Source: Planctomycetota bacterium (GTDB lineage Bacteria > Planctomycetota > JAJSAM01 > JAJVHW01). From it: a DNA stretch of 64,000 bases. The notes below the pieces were generated by a model. It was not told where the DNA came from, made no database searches, and saw nothing but the letters and a program-made list of their open reading frames with translations. A program made the translations under genes and the position numbers. Positions within the stretch are counted from its first letter, which is position 1. Every line of letters begins with the position of its first letter. The stretch lies in NCBI GenBank assembly GCA_965248445.1, contig CBDFJG010000002.1:320001-384000 (forward strand), read 5' to 3'. Positions 49,219-59,377 of the stretch are shown here, one piece after another.

Positions 49219-49278
49219 TCCGACGACAAGGGTAGCGCCGCAGAGCGTCCTGCGCCCGTGTCCCGGTAGCCTGTGGCG

Positions 49279-50340
49279 ATGCGCAACAGCAGCGTGCTCG
49301 CGCTCGCGATCCTGACACTCCTCGGCGGTCTCGTCGTGGCGCACGCCGAGGACGAGCCGTTCCCGGACGGCACGTCGTCGCACCAGTTACACGGGCTGCG
49401 CTGCTCGATCGTCGTGCCGCCGGAGTTCGACGTGTCGGCGGAGCACTCGATGGTCGTGCTGCTGCACGGCGCGGGCGGCACGGAGACAGGGATGGCGAGC
49501 GCGCTCGCGTTCCTCACGAAGGACGACTTCGTGATCCTCGCACCGAAGTCGCGGGGGGCGACCTGGGCGGCGAAGGACCTCCCGGACGTACGCGCGATCG
49601 TCAAAGACCTGAAGGGGCAACTGAACATCGGGGAGCGACGGCTGCATGGCGCTGGCTACTCGAACGGCGCCTGGAACCTCGCCGGGGTCGCGCTGGACAA
49701 CGAGTTGCGCTTCCAGAGCGCGACGTGGATCGCAGGCGGGTACACGGGCGGCAAGCTCCCCAAACACGCGAAGGAGATGGGCGTGCTCGCGCTCGCGGGA
49801 GCCGAGGACGGCAACCGCAACGCTGCGGAGGCGACGCCCAAGGCCACGCGCGACGACGTGCGCATGGCGGAAGTCCGCATCCAGCCGAACCTCGGACACA
49901 AGTGGCCGCGCGAGCTGATGCCGTACTACGCCTGGTGGCTCGGGGTGCAGGAGGACCGCTACGTCCCCGGAGAGACGATGGCGTTCGACTGGCGTGCGTC
50001 GCGGGACGAAGCGCTCGCCGCGATCCCCGAGAGCAAGGCGGGCGGCATCGAGTACTGGTACTCGGAGGACGACACGGACAACGAACAAGCGCGCTTCCTC
50101 CAGAACGACGTGCTGCAGGACCACGCGGTGCGGTTCTTCGGAGAGCAACTGACGGCCTGGAAGCTCGATCGCAAGGAGCACGAAGAGACGTTCGCGGCCC
50201 TCAAGATCAAGGGCACGCCGGCCGTAGTCGTCTACGACAAGAAGGGCAAGCCGAAGAAGACGCTCACCGGCAAGATCAAGGCGTCGTCGCTCGCCAAGGC
50301 GCTGAAGTTCGTCGCGCGCGACAAGAAGCTACCCGATTGA
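49279..50340 (+). CDS. Secreted alpha/beta hydrolase with C-terminal thioredoxin-like domain
   Basis: LLHGAGG, GYSNG nucleophile elbow, LGHKWP; C-terminal IKGTPAVVVYD. Confidence 0.8.
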   Translation: MRNSSVLALAILTLLGGLVVAHAEDEPFPDGTSSHQLHGLRCSIVVPPEFDVSAEHSMVVLLHGAGGTETGMASALAFLTKDDFVILAPKSRGATWAAKDLPDVRAIVKDLKGQLNIGERRLHGAGYSNGAWNLAGVALDNELRFQSATWIAGGYTGGKLPKHAKEMGVLALAGAEDGNRNAAEATPKATRDDVRMAEVRIQPNLGHKWPRELMPYYAWWLGVQEDRYVPGETMAFDWRASRDEALAAIPESKAGGIEYWYSEDDTDNEQARFLQNDVLQDHAVRFFGEQLTAWKLDRKEHEETFAALKIKGTPAVVVYDKKGKPKKTLTGKIKASSLAKALKFVARDKKLPD

Positions 50341-51467
50341 CGGCGTTGAGAAGGAAGCGCCTCTTGTTCAGCGCAGCCGCCGTGCTGCTCGCACTACTCG
50401 TGCTCGAGAGCGCGGCACGGATCATCGAGGTCTTCGAGCCGCCTCTGGTGGTGGACGCCGGACTCGGCTTCGACGCGGAGAGCCGCGTGTTCCTGGCCGT
50501 ACCCGGTCACCCCCGTCTGGTGGCCACGAACGAGGCGAAGAGGCGGGTCTTTCGCAGACAGGAGTTCCTCCGCGAGAAGGCCCCGGGAACGCTCCGCGTA
50601 GCTGCCCTCGGCGGCTCCAGCGTCAACTTCCTCGATGACGAGCTGCAGGTTCTCCGTACTCGTCTCAGGGCGCGATACGCGGACCGGTACAGCGCCGTCG
50701 AGATCCTGAACTGCGGCGGCAAGTCCTACGGAACCCATCGTCTGCTGCGCGTCCTGCAGGAACTGCTCGCGCTCGATCTCGACCTGCTGCTCGTCTACAC
50801 GGGGCACAACGAGTTCGAGGAGCTCGAACAAGAGCAGTACAGCCGTCCGGCGCTGGCGCCACTCGCGCGCGCTGTCTCCCACCTCGCGCTGGTCAGGGTT
50901 CCGCGCGACTTCTTCGCCCGCCCGCGCATCGCGGAGTTGCGGGCAGAGCGCGCGGCCAGCAAGACGAGCGACCACCCGGACCTCGCGCCCGCCTGGACGC
51001 ACGAGTTCACGATGGAAGAGGTCAAGGCGCGCATGCGGGAGTACCGCGCGAATCTCGGGTCGATGATCACTCTGTGTCGTGAGGCGGATGTGCCGGTCGT
51101 CATCGGCACCGTGCCGTCGAATCTCGTCCGGCCCTACCTGCCGCGCGCGGCCGTCGAGCGCTACGCCGAGGCGTTCGCGCACTTCAACTCCGGTGAGTGG
51201 GAAGAGGGCCTGCCGAAGGCGCGGGCGATCTTGCGCGAGACGGCCGGCCGGCATCAGGCCTCGGATCTCGAGAACGCCATCGTGCGCGAGGTCGCGGCGC
51301 AGCATGGAGTGGCGCTCGCGGACGTGGAACAAGTCACGATCGACGCCGAGCCCCACGGCGTGCCCGGTGAGACGCTCTTCGAGGACCACACTCACCTCAA
51401 CGGCGTGGGGAGGCGGCTCTGGCGTGAGGTCTATGAAGCGCGGATCGCCGAGGTCCTGGCGCGCTAA
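50337..51467 (+). CDS. SGNH/GDSL-like hydrolase, membrane-anchored
   Basis: LGGSS, NCGGKSYG, YTGHNE, FEDHTHLN. Confidence 0.82.
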   Translation: MTALRRKRLLFSAAAVLLALLVLESAARIIEVFEPPLVVDAGLGFDAESRVFLAVPGHPRLVATNEAKRRVFRRQEFLREKAPGTLRVAALGGSSVNFLDDELQVLRTRLRARYADRYSAVEILNCGGKSYGTHRLLRVLQELLALDLDLLLVYTGHNEFEELEQEQYSRPALAPLARAVSHLALVRVPRDFFARPRIAELRAERAASKTSDHPDLAPAWTHEFTMEEVKARMREYRANLGSMITLCREADVPVVIGTVPSNLVRPYLPRAAVERYAEAFAHFNSGEWEEGLPKARAILRETAGRHQASDLENAIVREVAAQHGVALADVEQVTIDAEPHGVPGETLFEDHTHLNGVGRRLWREVYEARIAEVLAR

Positions 51468-51491
51468 AGGCCGCGCGACGGCGCAGGCCGG

Positions 51492-52583
51492 CTACCTCGC
51501 GGGCACGACGCGCAGAGTGGCGGGCGCGGACTTCGCGATGACCGTCTTCTGTGCTTCGAAGCTCAGCGACACGCGGTAATCGAATTCGCCACTGGCGGAC
51601 TCGGCGGACTCGACGGACTCGCCAGGCTCGGTCGGCTCGCCCGCTTCGCGCCGCGGGACGATCGCCAGTTCGGTGGACGTGAGTCCGTTCGGACCGAACA
51701 GCGCGATCTGGCCGCCCGGCTCGAGGACGATCGGCCCGCGAGGCGCGGTCTCGCGGGCGTCGGCACTAAGCGTCAGGTTGCCGGTCTTCTTCGTGAACTC
51801 GACGCTCACGCGGACCTGATCCGGCTGGATCGTGAGCGTCTCGGCGGAGACGTTCTCGACATGGGCGACGATCACCTCGGACGCCATCTGGGTCGAACCG
51901 AAGACGACGGTCCCCGTCCGCACGATCGTCACGCGCACCGGTTCGATCGCCGTCCACTCGACCCACTCGGACTTCAGGTCGTAGGGGGCGTAGGCGTCCA
52001 TCGAGCCGAGTTCCTCCGGCGCGTCGGGGTCGCCGCTCCACTGAGAAGCACGCGAGGACCTACGGGAGAACGAGTACAGGCCGCGGATGCGGTACCGGCC
52101 GGGACGCGCCAGATCGTGGATCCACGTGATCGGACCGTAGTGCTCGAACTCCACCGCGTCGCCGGGCTCGAGCGTCTTCAACTCGTCGAGCCAGTTCGCG
52201 TCGTAGTTGCCGCAACGCATGATGCGCTGCGCCTCGACCGCCACCGGCTCGCCGTCGGCGCCGTAGCGCTCGACCTCGTAGCGGATGTGCGGCTCGCGCC
52301 AGCCGACCATCGATCCGTCGCCCGGCATCACGACCGTGTGTCGCGTGGACTCCGAACGGTTGCGAAGCGAGATGGAAAGCGCCGGCATCGAGCCCGTCCA
52401 GACCGGCGCCTCGTCGGTGCGGTCCATCACGAGCTCGACGTCCTTCTGCACTGCCTCCGCGGAGATCTCGTACTTCACCGGTTCAGGAGTGGGCTCGGGT
52501 TCGGCGTCCTGGGCATAGCCCGGAGCGGCGTGAACGACGACCGAGATGGTCAGTCCGAGGAGGAAGAAAGCGGTGCGGCGCAT
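51492..52583 (-). CDS. Secreted hypothetical protein
   Basis: Signal peptide MRRTAFFLLG..AQ; beta-rich body. Confidence 0.65.
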   Translation of the reverse strand: MRRTAFFLLGLTISVVVHAAPGYAQDAEPEPTPEPVKYEISAEAVQKDVELVMDRTDEAPVWTGSMPALSISLRNRSESTRHTVVMPGDGSMVGWREPHIRYEVERYGADGEPVAVEAQRIMRCGNYDANWLDELKTLEPGDAVEFEHYGPITWIHDLARPGRYRIRGLYSFSRRSSRASQWSGDPDAPEELGSMDAYAPYDLKSEWVEWTAIEPVRVTIVRTGTVVFGSTQMASEVIVAHVENVSAETLTIQPDQVRVSVEFTKKTGNLTLSADARETAPRGPIVLEPGGQIALFGPNGLTSTELAIVPRREAGEPTEPGESVESAESASGEFDYRVSLSFEAQKTVIAKSAPATLRVVPAR

Positions 52584-52745
52584 GAAGCTGGGTTTCCCAT
52601 CGAGCCCGGCAGAGGTGGGTTCGCGGCCTTGGACGCGATCCTCGGCCGGGAGTTCCCGCAAGCCTGGTCGGGTTCGCATTCGAGGCTGGAGCACACCTCC
52701 GGCGGCGGCGAGAACTCGGCGCCCCTACCTCCGGTTCGACGGGGT

Positions 52746-52973
52746 ATGGGCATACTTCCGATCCTCGCCGCCTACGTCTGCGCCCAGTACTGGTACTACG
52801 CCGCAGACGAGTTCGGGGTGTCGTCCCGCGGACTCGCTGCTGCGAGCCTGGCCGTGTTCGGGCTGATGCTCTTCGTTTGGCCAGGCGGCTTGCTGATCGC
52901 GTTCGGGGCACAAGCGGCGATCGCCTTGGGCCTCGGCGTCGTGGGCGCGATCCGGATGTCCGCGCAGGAGTAG
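52746..52973 (+). CDS. Small membrane protein
   Basis: Strongly hydrophobic 75-aa ORF. Confidence 0.55.
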   Translation: MGILPILAAYVCAQYWYYAADEFGVSSRGLAAASLAVFGLMLFVWPGGLLIAFGAQAAIALGLGVVGAIRMSAQE

Positions 52974-53028
52974 GTCCGTCGCACCCCGGTTACCAGTCGT
53001 GTTCGTGAAGCGGTGACCGCGCGGAGCG

Positions 53029-53934
53029 TCAGTGCGAGTCCGCGATCGCGCCGGGCAGATCGGTGGCGAGCCAGTCGAGCAGACCCTCCGGCGACGTCGG
53101 GATCATCGAGAACCGGGCGACGCCGTCGTCGTCACGGCGGGCTCGGACGCCGCGATACAGCCCGAGCACCGCACCGTCCAGACCGATGAACGGCGAGCCG
53201 CTGGCGCCCTCGTGCGGCACGCTCCCGGCCAGGACGTCGACGTCCATGTACATGACGCCCTTCCCGATGACGGCAAGCGGGAAGAGCACGACGCCGTTGT
53301 TCGTGGCGTCCTCGATCAGCTTCCCGTCCTCGCGCTCGCCCATGTCGTCCGGGTACCCGAGCAGCCCGACCAGTTCGTCGGCGCCCATGAGCCGGACCGG
53401 CAGTCCGGTCCCCGCCGGCGCCGGCCGGTCGAGCAGGAGCACGGCCCAGTCCGACATCTGCTCGATGTCCTCGGTCTTCGTGCGCCGCACGACGCTGGCG
53501 CTGCGCAGCGTGCCGTCCGTGAATGCGACCGTGAGCGTGCAATCTGCCCGCTCATCGAGCTTGCTCATGGTGTGAGCCGCGGTGAACACGTGCTCGCCGC
53601 CCGCGAGGACGACGCCGCTCCCCGTGTACGAGATTGTCTTGTCCCCGCGGGAGTGCTGCACGCGCACGCGCACGACAGAGTGCTTCACACTCTCTAGCGT
53701 CGCGGCCAGCGCTCGCGCCTCGGGATGCGCACCCTCTCGGATGAACGCCTCGACGCCGGCACGGCCGGCTTCGAGGAACTTGGTGTCGGTCTGAACGTAC
53801 CGCGATGCGTCCGAGTCACCGGTGGATGGGCCGCGCGGCCCGATGAACGCACTGAGCAGCCCGAGGGACCCGAGGGCGATCGCACCGAGCACCAGGAGTT
53901 GCGTGTGCGCAATGAGCTCCTTGATCTTCGCCAC
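53029..53934 (-). CDS. Trypsin-like serine protease
   Basis: TAAH, DWAVL, GASGSP catalytic triad motifs. Confidence 0.88.
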   Translation of the reverse strand: MAKIKELIAHTQLLVLGAIALGSLGLLSAFIGPRGPSTGDSDASRYVQTDTKFLEAGRAGVEAFIREGAHPEARALAATLESVKHSVVRVRVQHSRGDKTISYTGSGVVLAGGEHVFTAAHTMSKLDERADCTLTVAFTDGTLRSASVVRRTKTEDIEQMSDWAVLLLDRPAPAGTGLPVRLMGADELVGLLGYPDDMGEREDGKLIEDATNNGVVLFPLAVIGKGVMYMDVDVLAGSVPHEGASGSPFIGLDGAVLGLYRGVRARRDDDGVARFSMIPTSPEGLLDWLATDLPGAIADSH

Positions 53935-54040
53935 GCGCGCAGGCTAGCGCGCAGCGGGTACGGCGCACGTCCGGGAGCACGTTGTCGCAGGCGTCCAGCG
54001 GATCACCGCCGCCCCGGGTCGCCCGGCTAGGATCTCGGTC

Positions 54041-54688
54041 ATGGGCACACAATCCTGGTTCCCGACGCTCGTCTACGACGCGCCCCTCATGAAGGGGGGC
54101 AACGCAAAGAGGGGCGACGCAAAGGGGGGCAACGCGAAGTGGAACCGGGAGCTCCTCGCAGAGTGCCTGCAAATTCGTGACGCGGACGACGAGGGCCGCC
54201 GGTGGTGCAAGGCGAACTACCCGAACGGGTACACGTCGTACGCGTCGATGAACCAGCTCCACCGCATGTCGCCGTACGTGCGGGAGCTCGAGGCGAAGCT
54301 CGAGCGGCATGTGCGATCGTTCGCACGGTCGCTCGACTTCGATCTCGACGGCCGCCCGCTCGAGATGACCGACTGCTGGGTCAACGTGATGTCACGCGAC
54401 TGCGCGCACGGTCTGCACCTGCACCCCACCTCGACGATCAGCGGGACGTACTACGTCAAGACGCCGCGTGGCGCGTCGCAGCTCAAGTTCGAGGATCCTC
54501 GGCTCGCCCAACAGATGGCCGCCCCACCGCGGAAGCCGGATGCGCGTCCGGCCAACCAGCGGCACGTGCTCCATCCTGTCGAGACCGGACGGGTTGTCCT
54601 GTTCGAGAGCTGGCTTCGACACGAGGTGCCGCCGAGCCGGATCCAGGCCGAGCGGGTCAGCATCAGCTTCAACTGGCACTGGGCCTGA
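54041..54688 (+). CDS. 2OG-Fe(II) oxygenase (TIGR02466-like)
   Basis: WVN, HLHP..ISGTYY, LFESWLRHEV, RVSISFN. Confidence 0.88.
   Translation: MGTQSWFPTLVYDAPLMKGGNAKRGDAKGGNAKWNRELLAECLQIRDADDEGRRWCKANYPNGYTSYASMNQLHRMSPYVRELEAKLERHVRSFARSLDFDLDGRPLEMTDCWVNVMSRDCAHGLHLHPTSTISGTYYVKTPRGASQLKFEDPRLAQQMAAPPRKPDARPANQRHVLHPVETGRVVLFESWLRHEVPPSRIQAERVSISFNWHWA
54092..54136 (+). repeat. 15-bp in-frame tandem repeat x3
   Basis: AAGGGGGGCAACGCA AAGAGGGGCGACGCA AAGGGGGGCAACGCG (KGGNA/KRGDA/KGGNA). Confidence 0.85.
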
Positions 54689-54775
54689 CCCGCGGACTGC
54701 AACTCCAGCAGGCCGCCGGGCGTTCCTAGTTCACCGGGGAGGCTCGCGCGAGACCCCGGGCTCAGGGAGTTGAAC

Positions 54776-55769
54776 ATGCGTGGCGGCGCCTTCAGAGTAG
54801 GACTCTCCATCGCTACGGCGATCGTGCTGGCCCTGTCGGCAGCCGGGTTCGGCGAGGACCTCGGGATCCGAGACGCGAGTGCCCGCTGGGGAGTCAGCGG
54901 CAGGACCGGATCGCCGCGGCACCGCCTGAAGATCAAGGGCACGTTCCCCAACCTCGGCGCGCTGCAGAACTTCGATCCCGTCGTGGACGGGCTGCGCGTC
55001 ACCGTCGCGGGTGTGACCGTCATCGACCAGGCGCCGTCGGCCGACGCACGGGGCTTCCGCTTCAACTACCGGCGCGGCGAGCTGCGCAAGTGGCGCTTCC
55101 GACAGAAGGGACCGGCCGGCACCGTCGGCGTGCGCACGTTCAAGGCGAACGTGCTGACCGGTAGATTCACGCTGCTGCTGCGCAAGGCGGCGCTCACGAG
55201 CATCCGCGATGCAGGAGCGCAGGACGTCACGGTCGAGGTCGAGATCGGCGCCGTGACCGTCGAGGAGACGTTCTCGTTCTTCCCCGGCGCGTCGTCGACC
55301 TCGAACCGCTGGCGGTACGTGAGCGCCGGCGGAGGAGGCGGCGGACCGGGGCCGATCCCGAACGGTCCGCTTGCGTACACGGCGTTGGTGAGTTTCTCGC
55401 TCTCGAACACGCCGCTGAACCCGGTGATCGTGGTGCGCTCCCAGCAGGAGCTCACCACGATGTGGAGCCAGCTCGGAATTCCCGGCACGGTCGGTCCCCG
55501 TCGTCGACTTCTCGCAGGAGATGGTCATCGCGGTGACGGCGCTCGTGGGTGGACCGGGCGCCTTCCCGCCGATCCTCAACGTGACCGCGGCGCGCGTGCA
55601 ATCGGGCCAGATCCAGCTCGACTGGTCGCTGTCGCTCTGCGAGGAGAACACCTGTCCGGGGGCGCCCATCCCCTGCCCCACCGCGTCGCCGTTCCAGGTG
55701 ATTCGCACGCAGGCGCTCGACCTGAACATCACCACGATCCAGGGTCCGACGCTCGGCGTCTGCCCCTGA
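54776..55769 (+). pseudogene. Secreted protein with C-terminal PrcB-like domain, apparent frameshift near 55496-55499
   Basis: Protein-like sequence continues in another frame as VVDFSQEMVIAV..SPFQVI to TGA 55769. Confidence 0.6.
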
Positions 55770-55896
55770 GCCGCCCTCCAACCTCCGCGTCGAACGCGCG
55801 TTGCAGTCGAGGGAGATCCTCCGCGCCGATGTACCCTCGTGCCTGTAGCACGGCGTGGTGGCGGGGCCGTTGCAGCTCAGGCGTTGGGAGTTCGTG

Positions 55897-58563
55897 ATGC
55901 GGATCTACCGGAATGCTGTCGTAGCCCTGATCGCCGTCTTCGCCGCGGGAGTCGTCCTCGGGGGTTGTCCCGCGGACAAGCCAACACCCAAGCCGGCACC
56001 ACCGGTGCAGCCGCCGCCGAAGCCCGCTCCTCCGGTGGATCCGGTCGATCCGCCCGTGAAGCCCCAGACGTCCGCGACGGGTGACGTGGAGTTGATCGTC
56101 TCCTCCCCACCCGGCTCACGCATCGGAACCGAGTACGAATACTCGATCATCGCGCGCAACAAGTCGAAGGCGGAGGTCAAGAACGTCGTCGTCACGGACA
56201 TCCTGCCCCGCACCGTCGAGTACGTCTCGAGCAACCCGCCCGCAAAGGTGCAGGGACCGATGCTCACGTGGGAGTTCGCGTCGCTCGGCGCGTACGGAAC
56301 CGAGTACCTCCGCGTGACAGTGCGCGCGACCCACGAGGGCGACGCGGCACATCGGGCGAGTATCCGGGCCGACGGTGGCGTGGGACACGAGAGCACGTCT
56401 ACGACCGCGATCGCGGTGGCGAACGTCGCGCCCGTTCCGCCGACCCCGCCCGTGCAGCCACCTCCGGTCCAGCCCCCACCCGTCGATCCGCCGGCCGGGA
56501 GCCCGACGCTCTCGGTGGTGCAGACGTGCGAGCCGACGGTGCTTGTGTGCGATCCGATCCTCTTCAAGGTGCAGGTCGAGAACATCGGCACCGTCGCGTC
56601 CCAGGCCGGGATCGTCGTGTCCGACCTGCCGGAGGGTCTCACCACGCGTGACGGTTCGCGCTCGATCTCGATCTCCGTCAGCCCGTTGCGCGGCGGCGAG
56701 AAGCGGGACGTGCAGTACGAGGCCATCGCTCAGCGGACCGGGAGGTTCGCGAGCATCGTCACCATACGCGAGGGCAACGAGACACTGGGAACGGCGTCGT
56801 GCGCGCTGCAGGTCACGCAGCCCCTCCTGTCCATGCGCGTGGAGGTGCCCTCGGAGGTCGCTCCAAGCACCGAGTTCGAGGCGCGCATCACGGTCGAGAA
56901 CCGCGGCGACGGCGACGCCCGCGCGTTGCGTGTTCAGGCTCTCGTGCCATCCGGTTCGCGCTTCATCAGTGCAAGCGACCGCGGCCAGGCCCCCGACGGG
57001 CGCACGGTTGCGTGGGACCTGACGACACTGGCGCCGGGGCGATCAACGTCGGTGACGGTGCGGCTCGGCGCACCCGCCGTCGGCACCCTGCAGACGGACG
57101 CGAGCGCAGAGGCGTATTGCGCGGAGCGCGTTGCAGCGTCTGGCCGCACGAATCTCGCGGACGTCGTACCACCCGCCCCGCCGGACAGCCGGGGTCTCGA
57201 GGTCGTGGTGCGCGCGCCGGCGACCGTCAGCGAAGGAGACACGTTCGACTGCGCCATCGACGCGGAGAACACGAGCGCGACGCTCGCACGCGCCGCTGCT
57301 GTCCGCGTCGAGTTGCCGACGGGTCTCGAGTACGTCTCGAGCAACCCGCGGGCGCGAATCAGCGGCACGACGATGACATGGGACCTGGGCGACCTGCGAC
57401 AGAACGACCCGTTCCCGCTGAGCATGACGGTCCGCGCGACACAAATCGGTCAGATCGAAGCGTGCGCGGAACTCTCCACTCAAGACGGCCGGAGTAAGCG
57501 CCACTGCGCGACGACGACGGTTCGCGAGCGCACGTCGCTCGCCTTGAAGTTCGAGTGCCCAGAGACGATCCTGGTCTGCGACCCGCTCGAGTACCACCTC
57601 GTCGTCACGAACAACTCCGCACGCAACCTGAGTGATGTGATCGTCGACGTGCAACTGCCCGACGGGCTGGCAACGGACCGCGGCGAGCGATCCGTGCGCG
57701 CACGTATCGGCACTGTGCGCGCCCGCGAGTCACGCCAGGTCACATTCTCCGCCCGCGCGTCGAAGAAGGGCGCATTCGAGGTGCGCGCGACGGCAACTGC
57801 GTCAGGCGGCGAACGCTCGGACTCCACGTGCAGCACCACCGTCACGCAGCCGGTGCTCCAGCTGACGACCACCGGCCCGGAGAAGGCCGCGCCGGGAGAC
57901 ACGCTGCAGTACTCCATCGCCGTCAAGAACACAGGTGATGCGGCAGCCGCCGACTGCGTCCTCGAGAACTCGATTCCCGAGGGGACGACATTCGAGTCTG
58001 CCAACGGGGGCGGGACCAAGGCCCAGCGATCGGTTACGTGGAAGCTGGGACAACTCGAGGTCGGGGCCGAGAAGACGGTCACCTTGACGTTGAAGGCGAG
58101 CGACGCTCGTGCCCTCCAGAACACGGTAACGGCGAAGGGCTACTGCTGTGAGGATGTCACGGCGACAGCCGCGACCTCCGTCGACGTGCCGCCGCCCACC
58201 CTGCGAATCACGTGCGCGCTCTCACGCCCCCAGATCCGCGTCGGCAAGACATTCGAGGCGACCATCGTGGTCGTGAACAACGGCAAGGCCGACGCGACGA
58301 ACGTCGCCGTCACCTGCGCACTGCCGCGGATTCAGTCGGCGGCCAGCGCTGCGGGGCCGGCGGGAGTCGCGCACCGGATCGACGGGCGCAAGGTGACGTT
58401 CGATCCGATCGGTAAGCTGCGCCCCGGAGAGAAGGCACGGTTCACCGTGACCGTCAACGCGGCTCAACAGGGCGAGGGAAGCGTGGTCGGTGTCGTGCGC
58501 GCTGACGGACTCAGTTCCGCGCAGCGCACACAATCGCCGCAGATCCGCCAGATCAAACGCTGA
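55897..58563 (+). CDS. Cys-rich lipoprotein with about 6 DUF11 repeats (OmcB-like)
   Basis: Lipobox LGGC; repeats of Y.I.V.N.G..A..V...D.LP.G..Y/F.S; LVCDP twice; AYCAE and GYCCE. Confidence 0.85.
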   Translation: MRIYRNAVVALIAVFAAGVVLGGCPADKPTPKPAPPVQPPPKPAPPVDPVDPPVKPQTSATGDVELIVSSPPGSRIGTEYEYSIIARNKSKAEVKNVVVTDILPRTVEYVSSNPPAKVQGPMLTWEFASLGAYGTEYLRVTVRATHEGDAAHRASIRADGGVGHESTSTTAIAVANVAPVPPTPPVQPPPVQPPPVDPPAGSPTLSVVQTCEPTVLVCDPILFKVQVENIGTVASQAGIVVSDLPEGLTTRDGSRSISISVSPLRGGEKRDVQYEAIAQRTGRFASIVTIREGNETLGTASCALQVTQPLLSMRVEVPSEVAPSTEFEARITVENRGDGDARALRVQALVPSGSRFISASDRGQAPDGRTVAWDLTTLAPGRSTSVTVRLGAPAVGTLQTDASAEAYCAERVAASGRTNLADVVPPAPPDSRGLEVVVRAPATVSEGDTFDCAIDAENTSATLARAAAVRVELPTGLEYVSSNPRARISGTTMTWDLGDLRQNDPFPLSMTVRATQIGQIEACAELSTQDGRSKRHCATTTVRERTSLALKFECPETILVCDPLEYHLVVTNNSARNLSDVIVDVQLPDGLATDRGERSVRARIGTVRARESRQVTFSARASKKGAFEVRATATASGGERSDSTCSTTVTQPVLQLTTTGPEKAAPGDTLQYSIAVKNTGDAAAADCVLENSIPEGTTFESANGGGTKAQRSVTWKLGQLEVGAEKTVTLTLKASDARALQNTVTAKGYCCEDVTATAATSVDVPPPTLRITCALSRPQIRVGKTFEATIVVVNNGKADATNVAVTCALPRIQSAASAAGPAGVAHRIDGRKVTFDPIGKLRPGEKARFTVTVNAAQQGEGSVVGVVRADGLSSAQRTQSPQIRQIKR

Positions 58564-58583
58564 TCCGGCTCTGTCGTCATCAG

Positions 58584-59360
58584 CTAGGGCTTGGTCTTGA
58601 CGAACTTGCCCTTGCGCTTGTTGTCCTGGGTGATGCTCAGCTCCGGGCCGAACGGCCGCGTGCCGCCGGCGTCACCGTGGAACCAGATCGTGTAGACGCC
58701 GCCCTTCTTGAATTTGAAGTCCGTGGCCTGGCCCTTGACCTCGTCGAGGTCGTTCTTCACCTGCACGGTCGCCTTACCGGTCGCGACGTTGTGATACGTG
58801 GGGACGAGCACCACCGTCTGCGTCGTGATGGGCGCCACGTCCGCGACGACCTCGGTGCCGCCGATCTCGAGCTTCACGCTGCTCATCGCATTGATGACCA
58901 GGTTGAAGAATCGGACCTTGGCGAAGCCGGCGTCCGGGGCGGACAGATCGTCGAACGCGATCAGAGCCGGCGGACCGATGTAGCCGCCTGCGTTCGTGTT
59001 GATCGAGCCGATCGCGACCGCAGTCAGCGCGCCGTTCTCGTTGACCTGGAACGCAGCGGTATTCAGTTCCGCTCCCTCGATGCACCCCTGCCCCGCCCAG
59101 TAGCGCTGGAACGAGTTCTCGGCCGGCGCCGGGCCGACCTTCTTGTACTTCGAGGTCTCTCCGTAGCCGACGTTCTTGGCGAACAGCTTCCCGTTGTTGC
59201 AGAAGTCGAAATCCGGCGAGTCAGAGCTCAAGTGGATGATCCGGAACGCCGCGGTCGGCCCGGCCGCCGTCGCCCGCTCCGCGTCCCCCATCATCTCCAC
59301 GGTCATTCCGATCGCGCCGAGCGCGATGAGCACTCCAGCCACACGCATGGATCTACGCAT
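58584..59360 (-). CDS. DUF4397-like secreted protein
   Basis: FRIIHLSSDSPDFDF, NVGYGETSKY, AKVRFFNL, GGVYTI. Confidence 0.75.
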   Translation of the reverse strand: MRRSMRVAGVLIALGAIGMTVEMMGDAERATAAGPTAAFRIIHLSSDSPDFDFCNNGKLFAKNVGYGETSKYKKVGPAPAENSFQRYWAGQGCIEGAELNTAAFQVNENGALTAVAIGSINTNAGGYIGPPALIAFDDLSAPDAGFAKVRFFNLVINAMSSVKLEIGGTEVVADVAPITTQTVVLVPTYHNVATGKATVQVKNDLDEVKGQATDFKFKKGGVYTIWFHGDAGGTRPFGPELSITQDNKRKGKFVKTKP

Positions 59361-59377
59361 TCACCCCTCCTCCACGC

